Origin: a virus
IMG/VR virus record: IMGVR_UViG_3300029258_005166
Span: 32,001-96,000 of that record
Strand: one strand, 5' to 3'
DNA: 64,000 nucleotides
Shown here piece by piece: positions 27,394 through 37,633 of this stretch (position 1 is the stretch's first letter; each line of letters opens with the position of its first letter). The translations under genes and the position numbers were made by a program. The notes beneath the pieces were generated by a model, which saw nothing but the letters and a program-made list of their open reading frames with translations, was not told the DNA's origin and ran no database searches.

Positions 27394-28011
27394 TTAAAGA
27401 TAATCGTTGCGAAACAGCCAGTTATGGAAGGTGATTCGAATCAAGTCCTGCATGTAAGGAGATAGTGTTTTTTTGTAGGAACCAGGAGTGCCATCCGTGA
27501 TGTGGTTCGAATGCAACAATGTAACCGGATCACGCTGGTTGCCCTTAGGAATAGGCAACGACTCAATTTTTTTATGGATTGCTGCGGGATTGACCTCAAC
27601 CTTCAACAATTTCGCTAAGTCCTGGATGTATAGGTTCTTGTTTCGCACAAGATCCTCATACTTGATCTCTAGATGGCTAAAAGGCTTCCATGGACGATAT
27701 TCCCGCACTATTATCCTGTGCAGATAGTCGATACACTCGCTTTGGTCTATGAGTCCCCTTCGAACCGCCGAGGCGGCAATATCCCGTAGATCTCTTTTGG
27801 TGGTAAAGATTCTGTCTGAATCTAGAAGAAATTTTCTTTTGTTATGGCATTTGACAACGTGGATCGGTGCGGTATTTTCGGCATCATAATCAGTAGCAAA
27901 GCACGAATAGACTTCATCCCCAGTGACTTCCATAATCAGTCGCACAGCGTTAAAAAGCCACGTACTGCCCGATCTGTGACAACCAGCACAAGTAATTTTC
28001 TTTGTTGGCAT
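27394..28011 (-). CDS. Sulfotransferase domain protein
   Basis: GCHRSGSTW, RDLRD..AS and YEDL motifs; start at 28011. Confidence 0.8.
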   Translation of the reverse strand: MPTKKITCAGCHRSGSTWLFNAVRLIMEVTGDEVYSCFATDYDAENTAPIHVVKCHNKRKFLLDSDRIFTTKRDLRDIAASAVRRGLIDQSECIDYLHRIIVREYRPWKPFSHLEIKYEDLVRNKNLYIQDLAKLLKVEVNPAAIHKKIESLPIPKGNQRDPVTLLHSNHITDGTPGSYKKTLSPYMQDLIRITFHNWLFRNDYL

Positions 28012-28036
28012 ATCTACTATTATATAGGAAAGAAAA

Positions 28037-28696
28037 ATGATTGTTGTTAAGCTATTTGGTTTGCCTAGAACTTGCACCAATGTAATTGAGGTGGCTCTAA
28101 AGACAAACTTCAAAAATCTGGTAATTTGGACGAATTTTCCCTGTTGGAAGCACGGGGAAAACACGCACGTCGGGAGAACTATTAAGAGAGAAAAGCACCG
28201 ACAACATCCAGCCGTAGACACAGACGATCTTAAGTTTATTGTCTGTACCAAAAACCCATACGACTGGCTCGTTTCCCTTTATAATTTTGAGGTTATAAGC
28301 AAACGACAGAAGAAGAGCTTCGATGACTTCCTAAGAACTCCCACATGGCACTATCGGAACGAAAACGAAAATAACGATGCCATCACCAAATTCAATACTT
28401 TGACATATCATTGGTTGACCATGTTCGATGATTCCTCGGCCTTGCAGCAAGTCAAATCGGAAGACATGAGAAAGAATCAGGTTGCCCTTCTGACTCGGTT
28501 GGAAAAAGCATTCGGTCTCACCAGACAACGTGCTGATCTAGCTCCCGTCATCAAACGAATCGCTCCGGGAGCCAAAATCACCAAGGAGAAGTTCAAGAAA
28601 AAAGAGATGGACTTCTCGAAAAAGCAGATGGAGTTCATCAACTCTCGTTTGGATCGCAAAACCATGAAGATCGCCAAATATACTTTTAAACGGTAG
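28037..28696 (+). CDS. Sulfotransferase-like protein
   Basis: GLPRTCTN, WKHG and KNPYDWLVS motifs. Confidence 0.7.
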   Translation: MIVVKLFGLPRTCTNVIEVALKTNFKNLVIWTNFPCWKHGENTHVGRTIKREKHRQHPAVDTDDLKFIVCTKNPYDWLVSLYNFEVISKRQKKSFDDFLRTPTWHYRNENENNDAITKFNTLTYHWLTMFDDSSALQQVKSEDMRKNQVALLTRLEKAFGLTRQRADLAPVIKRIAPGAKITKEKFKKKEMDFSKKQMEFINSRLDRKTMKIAKYTFKR

Positions 28697-29363
28697 AACA
28701 CATATACATTTTTCTACAATGCCCCGTGTGATTCTCTCTTCGGAACTCGCCGTTATTCAGATAGGTTCTCTCATGAAGCCAGAAGCACCAAGAGCCCGGT
28801 CTTTCGGGAGTAATGTCTACAACCGTCATACCCGTTGATTTAAGTTGCTTTTCAAGCCATGCGTAGCTGAACCTTGATCCCTGCGAATCGGGCAGATGAT
28901 GGTCGTGATTGGTTTTTTTGCCTCTCGAAACAACTTGATCGATTCGATCAGAGTCATCGGAATCGCGAACGATTGTGGAAATAAAGATTGTGCCTCCATC
29001 ACGCAAACAACCCGGCATTCCTTTGACGAGTTTTTCTGGATTCGGGAGATGATAAAGCAGCCCCAAGCAAAGGACATAGTCAAAACAACCCGGCATCGGC
29101 AGCCGATCTTTGCTGAAGTCCATTCGATGCCAATCTCTTTTAGGAAATCTCTTTTTCCCTTCTTCTATGTTGGCCGCCCGACCTTCTACAGAAACCACGG
29201 TGGCCCCCAGTTTTTCGAAATCGCCCCCTGGCAGGCCTATTCCCGCCCCCAACTCTATCATCATTTTGCCTTGAAAGTCATTCCGAGGCACAAAGTCAAA
29301 GATTCTGGCATTCCTGTCCGAGATAGCTGAAGTGTAGTGTCTCTTGTCAAATACAAATTCCAT
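28686..29363 (-). CDS. Class I SAM-dependent methyltransferase
   Basis: IELGAGIG and GLLYHL motifs. Confidence 0.85.
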   Translation of the reverse strand: MEFVFDKRHYTSAISDRNARIFDFVPRNDFQGKMMIELGAGIGLPGGDFEKLGATVVSVEGRAANIEEGKKRFPKRDWHRMDFSKDRLPMPGCFDYVLCLGLLYHLPNPEKLVKGMPGCLRDGGTIFISTIVRDSDDSDRIDQVVSRGKKTNHDHHLPDSQGSRFSYAWLEKQLKSTGMTVVDITPERPGSWCFWLHERTYLNNGEFRRENHTGHCRKMYMCSTV

Positions 29364-29370
29364 AGTGACC

Positions 29371-29934
29371 TCAGTTTTTCCAAGCTACGACTAGCGATTT
29401 GTTGACTTCGGGATATTCGTACTTTTTGAAGACGCTAGCGTAAAGTTTGTCGCGTTCTTTCCAGGTGAATTGCTTTTTATGCCATTTGGTGTCTGGGTGG
29501 TTCAGTGGTATGCTGGTAACAATGACTCCTTTGTCCTTCACCAATTCGTTAAACAGCCTCAAAATCTTTTCTTGTCCACTAGGCAGATGTTCAAGAGTTT
29601 CAAATGATACAATTGCATCAAGAGGCTCGTTGATGTGGCTCTTCAAGTCATTGATGTCACCAAGTTTCCATTGGATGTTGGGATGGTCGTTGAATCGTTT
29701 GCAAAGACGCAACGCTTCTTCTGAGTTGTCCATCGAAGTTACCTTGCAGCCATGAAGTGCAAGCATCTTACTCCCATATCCAGAACCACAGGCCACATCC
29801 AAGACCGAGTTTTTGGATTTGATAAGCGACAAGGCATATTTGTATCGAATCAAGTGGTTGCGTCTGACAGAATCTATTTGATCGATATTCTCTAAGGCCG
29901 CTTCAACATCTCTTATGACTATTCTTTCTCCCAT
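29371..29934 (-). CDS. Class I SAM-dependent methyltransferase
   Basis: H..RY, VLDVACGSGYG and SFETLEH motifs. Confidence 0.88.
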   Translation of the reverse strand: MGERIVIRDVEAALENIDQIDSVRRNHLIRYKYALSLIKSKNSVLDVACGSGYGSKMLALHGCKVTSMDNSEEALRLCKRFNDHPNIQWKLGDINDLKSHINEPLDAIVSFETLEHLPSGQEKILRLFNELVKDKGVIVTSIPLNHPDTKWHKKQFTWKERDKLYASVFKKYEYPEVNKSLVVAWKN

Positions 29935-32006
29935 TTCCCTTCCAATGCAAAGTCCAATTTTCCCTCATTCATCAATTTGATAATTCCCTCAGGATGTACT
30001 CCGGGGAATCTATCCCAACCACCACCGCCCATAGGATGGGTACTTTTCACCAGCGAAGGTTGTTGTCTCCATTTTAAAAAGATGTTATCGACATAGGAGT
30101 CATTGTTGTTTCCAGATTGATATTTGTAGTAGTAGAGCTTCTGTCGGATTTTTTGTGTGGGTCGTACCCAAGAGTAGTGATAAAACATCTTCTCGGAACC
30201 CCTCCAGCAGGGAAAGACTTGTTTTACGGTTTTGCCTTGATCTGTACTCACATGCAAATGATTTGTTCCAGTATATTTGAATCCATCTTTCCACCGAACA
30301 ATTCTTTCTTGAGGATAAGTGCCCCATTTGCCTGTGCCAATGACATTCATATAATTCCAGAATAACCAGAACTGTACAATAAGGACATCATATTGCTGCA
30401 TAAGCTCGGTGATTCGCCACAACTTATCCGGTTTGTAAACTTCATCACCATCAAGAAGAAACATCCAATTTCCGTGTCGAAGATATTGGGCATAGGAATT
30501 TCTCATTTCCACCTTGTCTTTCCAAACCCTTCCAGGTGGTTCTATAACTCGCCCACCATATCTCTCGACCAGCTTTTTAGCAATATCCAGTGTATTGTCT
30601 GTTGGATAGCCTTTTTCGTCACACATTCCAGATTTGTAGGCATACTCATTACCCCCAATCACAAAGAACCATTCGTCTACGATGCTGGAAACGCTATCCA
30701 CAGAGGCCTCAAGAAACTCTTCTTCATTGCAGGCAATCACACATCCACAAACTTTTCCGTTTGCATGTTTTTTGATAGATGGGCTAGGAGGACAAGATCT
30801 TGCAGCTTTGACCATAGGGTCTATTCTGCCACTGTGAATCCACCTCTTCTTAAAAAGTTCTCGGTTGTTTTCATAGAAAGGGTGCTTCCCGGCCTTGGAG
30901 TGACCAAGCATGTGATAAATTTGGGATTGTGGTTCATAGAAAATTTTGTAGCCGTTTGTTCTCGCACGAAGGCAAAGATCGGCATCTTCCCAATAACCAA
31001 TGCGATAAGCAACATCAAAACCCTCCAGATCCAAGAAGACATTTCGACGCATGGCAAAACAACATGCTGTGACCATCTCTCTTTCTTCAGGGATATAAAG
31101 GTCGGAAGGAGCGTTATCTACGAAAAACTGATCGTGGTCACGACCTTTGTAGGTATTCCTACCAATGTGAAGGAATGAGTTTGTTTTCCATGACCACTCA
31201 GAACCCGCTGAATCAATCTTTCGATTTCTAACCTGAAGATTGCCAACAATACCAATTTTTTTATCGGATTTAAGTCTATCGATCAATGGCTTGATCCATC
31301 CGGGAGTTACGGTGCAATCGGCATTTAGAAAAATCAAATACTTGCCTGTTGAAAAATGAACTCCAGTATTGCAAGCTGCCCCAAACCCCTGATTGTGTGC
31401 CCTTTTAACGATCTTCCCAATTTGGGTTAGTGGTTCGTTAAGTTCCTGTCTCTTGAACGTCCATCCATCAATGACTTTGATTGAGGAGTGGTCGGGAGAT
31501 GCGTCATCGACATAAATGATTTCCTTAGTCAAGCCATCGTCATTAAGATCCCATGTCCTGATTTGATCTATTATGACTTCCTGGCTTCGAAACATTGGGA
31601 CAATAATGGAAACATCGACATGATTTTTCGACAAAAACCATTCAGGAACCTCTGCTAATTTAACATCTTTTAAATAATCGAAAGGCTTATCGTAAAACTC
31701 TGTGTTGGGTCTCTCTCGTTTTGCGTTTTTAACTATGCGAGTGGGCCTATTTTTTGTGAGACCACCCTTTCTATGATTGAACGTCCTTCGTAGTTTCTTT
31801 TGTTTTTTGGCGAATTTGGACTGTTTTTCAGTTTGAATAGCTTTTTCAAGATCTTGGGTGGTTATCGGGTTTTTTCTTCCCTTAGCGTCTTGGAACTTTT
31901 GCTGCCTAGCTCGAATCAATCGTTCCTGCATAGAAAGCCGACGATAGTTCGCTGAATTGGGTCCTTCCTTTCTTTCAATGGCCTTTTTCTGTATTTTTTT
32001 AACCAT
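29919..32006 (-). CDS. Two-domain GT2 glycosyltransferase with a basic N-terminal extension
   Basis: First domain VSIIVP, VDDAS, FLNAD, WEDADLC; second domain NEEE, LDGDE. Confidence 0.88.
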   Translation of the reverse strand: MVKKIQKKAIERKEGPNSANYRRLSMQERLIRARQQKFQDAKGRKNPITTQDLEKAIQTEKQSKFAKKQKKLRRTFNHRKGGLTKNRPTRIVKNAKRERPNTEFYDKPFDYLKDVKLAEVPEWFLSKNHVDVSIIVPMFRSQEVIIDQIRTWDLNDDGLTKEIIYVDDASPDHSSIKVIDGWTFKRQELNEPLTQIGKIVKRAHNQGFGAACNTGVHFSTGKYLIFLNADCTVTPGWIKPLIDRLKSDKKIGIVGNLQVRNRKIDSAGSEWSWKTNSFLHIGRNTYKGRDHDQFFVDNAPSDLYIPEEREMVTACCFAMRRNVFLDLEGFDVAYRIGYWEDADLCLRARTNGYKIFYEPQSQIYHMLGHSKAGKHPFYENNRELFKKRWIHSGRIDPMVKAARSCPPSPSIKKHANGKVCGCVIACNEEEFLEASVDSVSSIVDEWFFVIGGNEYAYKSGMCDEKGYPTDNTLDIAKKLVERYGGRVIEPPGRVWKDKVEMRNSYAQYLRHGNWMFLLDGDEVYKPDKLWRITELMQQYDVLIVQFWLFWNYMNVIGTGKWGTYPQERIVRWKDGFKYTGTNHLHVSTDQGKTVKQVFPCWRGSEKMFYHYSWVRPTQKIRQKLYYYKYQSGNNNDSYVDNIFLKWRQQPSLVKSTHPMGGGGWDRFPGVHPEGIIKLMNEGKLDFALEGKWEKE

Positions 32007-32033
32007 CCTACCAACATTGCTTCTTACTTGGTT

Positions 32034-32426
32034 TTAACCTGCTTGCTGTCCAATTCCTGCTCCTGCTGGTTGCTGGGGTACTTTTCCAGTAACCACCTGT
32101 TGGGCTGCCTGTTTCATTTGGGCCCCCGTGACCGGACCTTGGCCCTCGTCCCAAACTGCTTGCAAAATCTCGCGAATAATCGCTAGCTGTTGGTCTTTTG
32201 TCAAATTCAATTGTGCAAATTTGCCAAGAAATCGTTGCAAAAGCGGTTTAAGTTGGCCTTTGATCTCGTCAAGCGTGTTGCCTTGAGATGGAGCTACGGC
32301 GGGTTGTTGTCCCGGTCCTGCTGGCGGCTGTCCCATTGCTTGCATTTCTTGAGGGGCAACGCCCGGTTGTGGCATTTCCTCAGTAGCGGCTTCACGATAG
32401 TTAAAGTAATCTCTAAACTTAATCAT
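32034..32426 (-). CDS. Q/P-rich putative internal virion protein
   Basis: Starts MIKFRDYFNYRE. Confidence 0.65.
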   Translation of the reverse strand: MIKFRDYFNYREAATEEMPQPGVAPQEMQAMGQPPAGPGQQPAVAPSQGNTLDEIKGQLKPLLQRFLGKFAQLNLTKDQQLAIIREILQAVWDEGQGPVTGAQMKQAAQQVVTGKVPQQPAGAGIGQQAG

Positions 32427-32433
32427 TTCTCTC

Positions 32434-32832
32434 CTATGAAGGCATGGGCCTTAGATTTGCATTTACGTCGTTTCCGAAAGTGTCTTCCGTGGGCTTTTGT
32501 CCTGTGGGAATTTGCTCTTTTCGTTTGCTCGGCTCCTCAGACTCAGCATCGGTTTTCTCTACCTTCTCAACAAGTTCATTAACTTTCTGAGCCCAACCCG
32601 TTACTTTCTCCTTGGGAACATCCAATAAAGCAGACATCGCATCAGCATTTCCGCAGACTGTGTTAAAGTCATCCCAGAAATTACCACAACCTTCTTTACG
32701 CAGATGCATGCCCGACCTGACGGCTTCCATGGCTTGGCCTTCTTCTCCGCTTCCAAGAAGTGGACCTTCTTCGTCACCTTCCAGGTCGGGATGCTGCTCT
32801 ACTAGCTTCCACATCTCTCTGAAGCTTAACAT
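32434..32832 (-). CDS. Putative internal virion protein
   Basis: Starts MLSFREMWKLVE; AGGAG RBS. Confidence 0.65.
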   Translation of the reverse strand: MLSFREMWKLVEQHPDLEGDEEGPLLGSGEEGQAMEAVRSGMHLRKEGCGNFWDDFNTVCGNADAMSALLDVPKEKVTGWAQKVNELVEKVEKTDAESEEPSKRKEQIPTGQKPTEDTFGNDVNANLRPMPS

Positions 32833-32843
32833 TTTGCTCCTAA

Positions 32844-33176
32844 TTAGGTTACGATTGACAAAATTGCTCCTAAGCCAAAAGCTCCGGGAGGATTATTGTC
32901 ATTCCAATCACCGGCTACATATGTATTTCTTACATACAAAGCCTGTTCACCGTAAAGGGTAAATTCAGTTCCATTGACTCCCTCTGCTGCCCCCGCAAAT
33001 CCCGACCTAGTATTAACAAAATTAGCCTTTTCGGTCCTACCTCGGTCTGGACTACTCTGATACGTTGTGGGATGCAGAACAAATTGGTCTTTTATGTTTG
33101 TATTGGGACCGAATTTTTCTGTACGAGTTAGTTCTAAGTTAACTCTAAACGTAATTTCTGGGTGTGGATTAGCCAT
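32844..33176 (-). CDS. Hypothetical protein
   Basis: 110 aa ORF with AGGAG RBS. Confidence 0.65.
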   Translation of the reverse strand: MANPHPEITFRVNLELTRTEKFGPNTNIKDQFVLHPTTYQSSPDRGRTEKANFVNTRSGFAGAAEGVNGTEFTLYGEQALYVRNTYVAGDWNDNNPPGAFGLGAILSIVT

Positions 33177-33203
33177 ATTGGTCTCCTATATGTTCCTTTA
33201 ATC

Positions 33204-33425
33204 CTATTTAGTTAGATGCCTTGGTTTTCGTTTTCGCGACGGCTTTTTCCCCTTTTTCCCGAAAAGCTCTTCGGGATCAAACGGCTCATTTCTTTGAGGA
33301 ATATTGCCCGCCATATATTTGCTACGCAGACGCTTAAAACCGTCGTCTACCGCCGTATTGGCAAGCATTGCCGTGTGAACGGGGCCTGATTCGTCTTCTA
33401 AAAACTTTCGAAACTCAAGTATCAT
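33204..33425 (-). CDS. Putative internal virion peptide
   Basis: Starts MILEFRKFLEDE; CTACATA box 4 nt before ATG. Confidence 0.65.
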   Translation of the reverse strand: MILEFRKFLEDESGPVHTAMLANTAVDDGFKRLRSKYMAGNIPQRNEPFDPEELFGKKGKKPSRKRKPRHLTK

Positions 33426-33447
33426 ACCTTATGTAGTTTTTGAATAG

Positions 33448-33478
33448 GGAAAAACCTCGGCTTTGCCGAGGTTTTTCC
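33448..33478. terminator. Perfect 14-bp hairpin with triloop
   Basis: GGAAAAACCTCGGC-TTT-GCCGAGGTTTTTCC. Confidence 0.75.
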
Positions 33479-33480
33479 TT

Positions 33481-34233
33481 CTAGTAATTCATCCAAAGGT
33501 ATGTCATCTTGTGATTGGATATCCTTTTCCTAACGCATCTCCAACCATCGTAGTATCTTTTGTAGAGTTTCGAAAGTCGTCCACTAATAAGAACTTTACC
33601 TCTAAATTGATTCAGAACATTAGCCAAATCAATATGGCTTTCTACAGACATCACAAAGTCATCATCTTCACAATCTTCGTCCATAAGAGGTGGATCACAA
33701 TAGCATAAGAAGTTTTCATCATCAAAACTTCGGATTACCTCCTCGGCTGGGCGATGGAAAATATGAACATCACTTACCCGTTCCGCAATTCTGGGTAATT
33801 CTGCGATGATTCCCTTCCATGTGGTTTCCGTTGTTTCGGAAGGTTTTGCGTAGGTTTGCTTGAGACCACCCCAACTCATTCTACGCAGAACAAATTCAGC
33901 GATTGCATGATCCATGTAGTCCTTAGGATCTGCAACTCGACTAAGTGCCCGATTGAACGTATTTTCCGTATATTTGGTTCGTTTGAGCCTACCTATAAAG
34001 TCCTTGGGCTCATCCCTTAGGGCCCTAAAAATTTGTAGGATTCCGAGATCAGTATCGTTGATTGACTCTTCAAATGATCGCTCTTTATTCAGAAGAACAC
34101 TCGCAGCCCCGGCATAGGGCTCCAAATAGCTCATTTCTTCATAGTTTTTGGGGAAATAGCTGAGTATCCAACTCGCCAGATAATATTTGCCGCCAGGAAT
34201 ATTGAAGGGTGGTCGAAACATTTTATCATTCAT
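33481..34233 (-). CDS. Dam-like adenine methyltransferase with variant DPPL motif
   Basis: PGGKYY, EPYAGAASV and YCDPPL motifs. Confidence 0.85.
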   Translation of the reverse strand: MNDKMFRPPFNIPGGKYYLASWILSYFPKNYEEMSYLEPYAGAASVLLNKERSFEESINDTDLGILQIFRALRDEPKDFIGRLKRTKYTENTFNRALSRVADPKDYMDHAIAEFVLRRMSWGGLKQTYAKPSETTETTWKGIIAELPRIAERVSDVHIFHRPAEEVIRSFDDENFLCYCDPPLMDEDCEDDDFVMSVESHIDLANVLNQFRGKVLISGRLSKLYKRYYDGWRCVRKRISNHKMTYLWMNY

Positions 34234-34429
34234 CAGGTGTCCTCTTGTGGATTACTTTTCCGCATTCATGGCAATTCAGATCATAATTGCCGTAACCGTT
34301 GCTCGCAGCCCAGAAAGACCCTAGTTTCATTTTTTTGCCACATTCAGCACATAACGCTACCATTCTGGGTTCTTCTTGTTTGTCGTCCCTAAACCAATAA
34401 CTGTCTTCACTCATTTTTGTTTCCTCCAA
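34226..34429 (-). CDS. Small zinc-finger protein
   Basis: CAEC and CHEC motifs. Confidence 0.6.
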   Translation of the reverse strand: MEETKMSEDSYWFRDDKQEEPRMVALCAECGKKMKLGSFWAASNGYGNYDLNCHECGKVIHKRTPDE

Positions 34430-34453
34430 CTAAATAAGTAAAAAGGAGTGTAA

Positions 34454-34738
34454 ATGTCTGCTCGACAATTCCAAAGAAGACGCTGTATTTCGCCGGATAC
34501 AATCTCGAAACCTACTTTTTTAGCCATGTTGGGTGATCCTCCTGGCAAGAGTTTTAATACACAGCAAGAGGTCAGTGACAGCAAAATCAGAGCTTATTTT
34601 GAAAACTTGAATGATGACCAATGGCAGATCCTCACCTTCAATGCTGAAACGAGAGATGTCTGTGTAGAGGTAATCTCTCCCGCAGGTTCCAGAACAATGA
34701 CGGTCACACTGCCGTATCTCAGCAATTCAAAGCCTTAG
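34454..34738 (+). CDS. Hypothetical protein
   Basis: AGGAG RBS and a CTAAATA box upstream. Confidence 0.65.
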   Translation: MSARQFQRRRCISPDTISKPTFLAMLGDPPGKSFNTQQEVSDSKIRAYFENLNDDQWQILTFNAETRDVCVEVISPAGSRTMTVTLPYLSNSKP

Positions 34739-35238
34739 TTGAGCCACTCTAAGAATTTCTTTGCTGATTGGTATCCTTTTGCCTGCTTTTCGATTTTCTC
34801 AGAGCCGGTCACAACAAAGTAAGCGGGGATGTGTTTGACGTTGTATTTCTCTGCAAGGTCCTGGTTTTCATCTGTGTTCACAAACCATACAACAAAATCT
34901 TCTAGGACTTTCTGTACCTCTGGTTTTGATAGGGTTTCCTGTTTCATTTTTCTACATGCTGAACACCAATCAGCAGAGAAAAATAGAAATATGTTTTGTC
35001 CGGTCTGTTCGGCCTGTTTTAAAGCCTCCTCGTAACTCTTGGGTGGTCCAATTGGTTTTTCTGGTTCTGATTTTGGTTCTCTGAAGATATTTCCATCGAT
35101 TTCCCAATTATTCCATTCTTGTTGTTGCTCTGGTTGACCTTGATTAGATTGATATGTCGTTTTATACCAATACAGTCCAACAAGAATGACAGCGGCTACA
35201 AGCACGGCGGTTATTAGAATTTTTGTGGTTTCAGTCAT
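34735..35238 (-). CDS. Membrane-anchored thioredoxin
   Basis: N-terminal TM segment; FSADWCSAC active site. Confidence 0.85.
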   Translation of the reverse strand: MTETTKILITAVLVAAVILVGLYWYKTTYQSNQGQPEQQQEWNNWEIDGNIFREPKSEPEKPIGPPKSYEEALKQAEQTGQNIFLFFSADWCSACRKMKQETLSKPEVQKVLEDFVVWFVNTDENQDLAEKYNVKHIPAYFVVTGSEKIEKQAKGYQSAKKFLEWLN

Positions 35239-35340
35239 TTTTCCTCCGGGGCTACTAAAGTATTTAGCGTATGACTATATACTTTAACAATGCTGTTGTG
35301 TGGGTTTCGCATTCAACAAATGAGCATCGGAGTAACAAAA

Positions 35341-36024
35341 ATGAGAACATTCAACGAGTTTTGTACTGACTGGGCCACATACCGAAGATTTGACGAAATG
35401 GCCCAAATTATCGAAGAGAACAACCTAGACCTGATGGCCATTCTAGATGGCACAATAGAAGATCTTATTCGACTAGACCCAGAAAAGGGACAATTCTTAG
35501 TCGAACAAGGCTTTTGGCATAGTGTTGGCAAAGGACTTAGGACAGTAGGTCAACATATCAAAGGCGGATGGGAAGGTTTCAAAGCTGGTCTTAAAGGAGA
35601 TCCGCAAATGACCAGAGCATTACAGGCCTTTCTTCATGCGGCTCAACAAATGAATTTCGATGCAAATCAAGTTGAAGATGCAATCATGGGCAACCTACAA
35701 CAGCAACGGCAACAGGCTGCTCAACGACAACAGGCTGGCCAACCACAAGGCGGGGCACCACAAGGCGGGGCACCACAAGGCGGGGCACCACAAGGCGGGG
35801 CACCACAAGCCGCAGGCGAAGACCTAACAAGGGGAGTATTAACTCCTGAAGAACAAGCCGAAAGGCAGCAAAAATTGCAAGCTCAACAAACCGCTGCGTG
35901 GCATGCTCAACAGAGGCCCGCAAAACCAATGACGCAGGCTCCTCAGTCAGGAGCCGGTCCTGTAAGACCAAGACCGAAAACAAGGGAAGAGGAGGAGGTT
36001 GAAAGGCTTACTCAAGGAGTTTAA
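35341..36024 (+). CDS. Q-rich putative virion protein with PQGGA repeats
   Basis: Starts MRTFNEF after a GGAG RBS. Confidence 0.65.
   Translation: MRTFNEFCTDWATYRRFDEMAQIIEENNLDLMAILDGTIEDLIRLDPEKGQFLVEQGFWHSVGKGLRTVGQHIKGGWEGFKAGLKGDPQMTRALQAFLHAAQQMNFDANQVEDAIMGNLQQQRQQAAQRQQAGQPQGGAPQGGAPQGGAPQGGAPQAAGEDLTRGVLTPEEQAERQQKLQAQQTAAWHAQQRPAKPMTQAPQSGAGPVRPRPKTREEEEVERLTQGV
35743..35809 (+). repeat. 15-nt tandem repeat x4 (CCACAAGGCGGGGCA), coding
   Basis: Identical units encoding PQGGA. Confidence 0.9.
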
Positions 36025-36794
36025 ACCACCTTTACAACGTAATCAAGAAACGATTGTCGCATTTGCCATTTAGGATACTTCTTTTTCTCTGACGCACGTT
36101 TTAGACGTTCAGAAATTATGTCTTGTTCAAAGAACTCTTCTGGATCTCTAGCATCCAACAAAGGCTTTACGTTTTCGATACCAGCATTGCGAAACCATTT
36201 TTTATAGGTTGCTTGGGGAAACCAGACTTTTCTTATGGGCTCTAGTTCATAGCCCATTGACTTTAACTCTTCTTCTGTAAACACGGCATGAACAAAAGCC
36301 TTGTTGATCTGTTGATACAGGTGTCCCCCATGCCGACCCACCCATGGATGGCACCGAACATAAATGTGGCCTCCGACAATTGTATGTTTGATTGCTTTTT
36401 TCAAAATTGATGAAGGTTCTTCTTCCACAGAATGGTCAAGAACATCGTATAGAACAACAATATCAAATTCCTCATGTTCAATCTTGGAATAATCCGTTGT
36501 CAACAACCAATTTTTTTGTTTTTTCTCCCAAGAAAGCTTACCGACTGAACGAATATCATAGCCTACGGCCTGCGTGGCCTTTTTTGCTGCCTCAACAGCC
36601 ATGTGTCCTTCCCCGCAGCCAAAATCAAGAACCTTTTTGTTCTTCAAGGGACTGTTTATCATGAAACTGAGAATTTCGTTTGCTCGCAGTTTTTTATCGT
36701 TTTCATTCTCAGTATCACAAATCAATGGATCAGGAACCGCTTTGGGCCACTCGTCGCTTTGTAGTAGTTCTTTTAGTTCTTCGAAGTTATGCAT
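36021..36794 (-). CDS. Class I SAM methyltransferase (paralog of 45107-46243)
   Basis: VLDFGCGEGH, DVLDH and RCHPW..RHGGH motifs. Confidence 0.85.
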   Translation of the reverse strand: MHNFEELKELLQSDEWPKAVPDPLICDTENENDKKLRANEILSFMINSPLKNKKVLDFGCGEGHMAVEAAKKATQAVGYDIRSVGKLSWEKKQKNWLLTTDYSKIEHEEFDIVVLYDVLDHSVEEEPSSILKKAIKHTIVGGHIYVRCHPWVGRHGGHLYQQINKAFVHAVFTEEELKSMGYELEPIRKVWFPQATYKKWFRNAGIENVKPLLDARDPEEFFEQDIISERLKRASEKKKYPKWQMRQSFLDYVVKVV

Positions 36795-36802
36795 TTTTCA
36801 CC

Positions 36803-37624
36803 TCACAGTAATTTGACCACATGGCTGTTCCAATCAATTTCATTCACCGGCTGCACCAGAGACACGTTTTCAATCTGTTCTGCTCTTAAGAGGTTCTCAA
36901 GATACAACGGAAAGAACACGTTATTTACGTTCCAACACTTAAAGTTTCCTACGAAGTGAAGGATCTTGGCTTGTCTCATTCTAGCAGCCATGTCTTTTTC
37001 TGGAATTTTCATTATAGGAGTATTGAACTCCAAAGGTAAAAAATCAATTTTAACGTTGTTCTCCAGAAGAAAGACAACCAGTGTGTTTTCTACAGCCCCG
37101 CCATTTGCATAATATTTCTTGTTTTCCCGGCAACATCTACGAATCAATTTGAGTGTGTTTTTGTTAATCAAGTCGGTATTGAAGCACCATATGCCGCCGT
37201 TAAATGTGGGTTGATTTTTATGATGCTTTTGCCAAAAGCCTCTTCCATAAAACCTGTCCGACATTTTGCGGAACTGCCACCCTTCAATGGCACTGAATGA
37301 ATCGGTTTCCAGTAGTTCGGGGAAAGGTCCTTTAATGAGAAGATCGGAATCTAGGTAGATAATTTTCCTCCACTTTTTCATATCCTGTCCAAACAAATGC
37401 ATCTTAGCCGAAAAAATCCGTTCTCGTCGTAAAGGAACGTCAAGCATTGGCCACACAGGCTTGACCAATATCCCTCGATCCCGAAACCAATTCGCGTCTT
37501 CTGCATCTGGAGTCAGCAGCATGTAATCGCCGTTCCATCCGCAATTCCAGTAAATGTTGGAAAAGAGTTGGACGGCATGAACAAAATGGTTTCTTTTACA
37601 TAATACCGCAATCAAATCTTTCAT
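36803..37624 (-). CDS. Glycosyltransferase family 8-like
   Basis: IIYLDSD, FNGG and ILHF motifs. Confidence 0.8.
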   Translation of the reverse strand: MKDLIAVLCKRNHFVHAVQLFSNIYWNCGWNGDYMLLTPDAEDANWFRDRGILVKPVWPMLDVPLRRERIFSAKMHLFGQDMKKWRKIIYLDSDLLIKGPFPELLETDSFSAIEGWQFRKMSDRFYGRGFWQKHHKNQPTFNGGIWCFNTDLINKNTLKLIRRCCRENKKYYANGGAVENTLVVFLLENNVKIDFLPLEFNTPIMKIPEKDMAARMRQAKILHFVGNFKCWNVNNVFFPLYLENLLRAEQIENVSLVQPVNEIDWNSHVVKLL

Positions 37625-37633
37625 AGATTTTGG

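Noticed and set aside
35743-35809. 15-nt tandem repeat as an array or iteron
   Set aside because: It is in frame, has no spacers and encodes PQGGA low-complexity sequence.
36021-36794. MHNFEELKE as a CTS
   Set aside because: It lacks the second aromatic residue, and its paralog has no tag.
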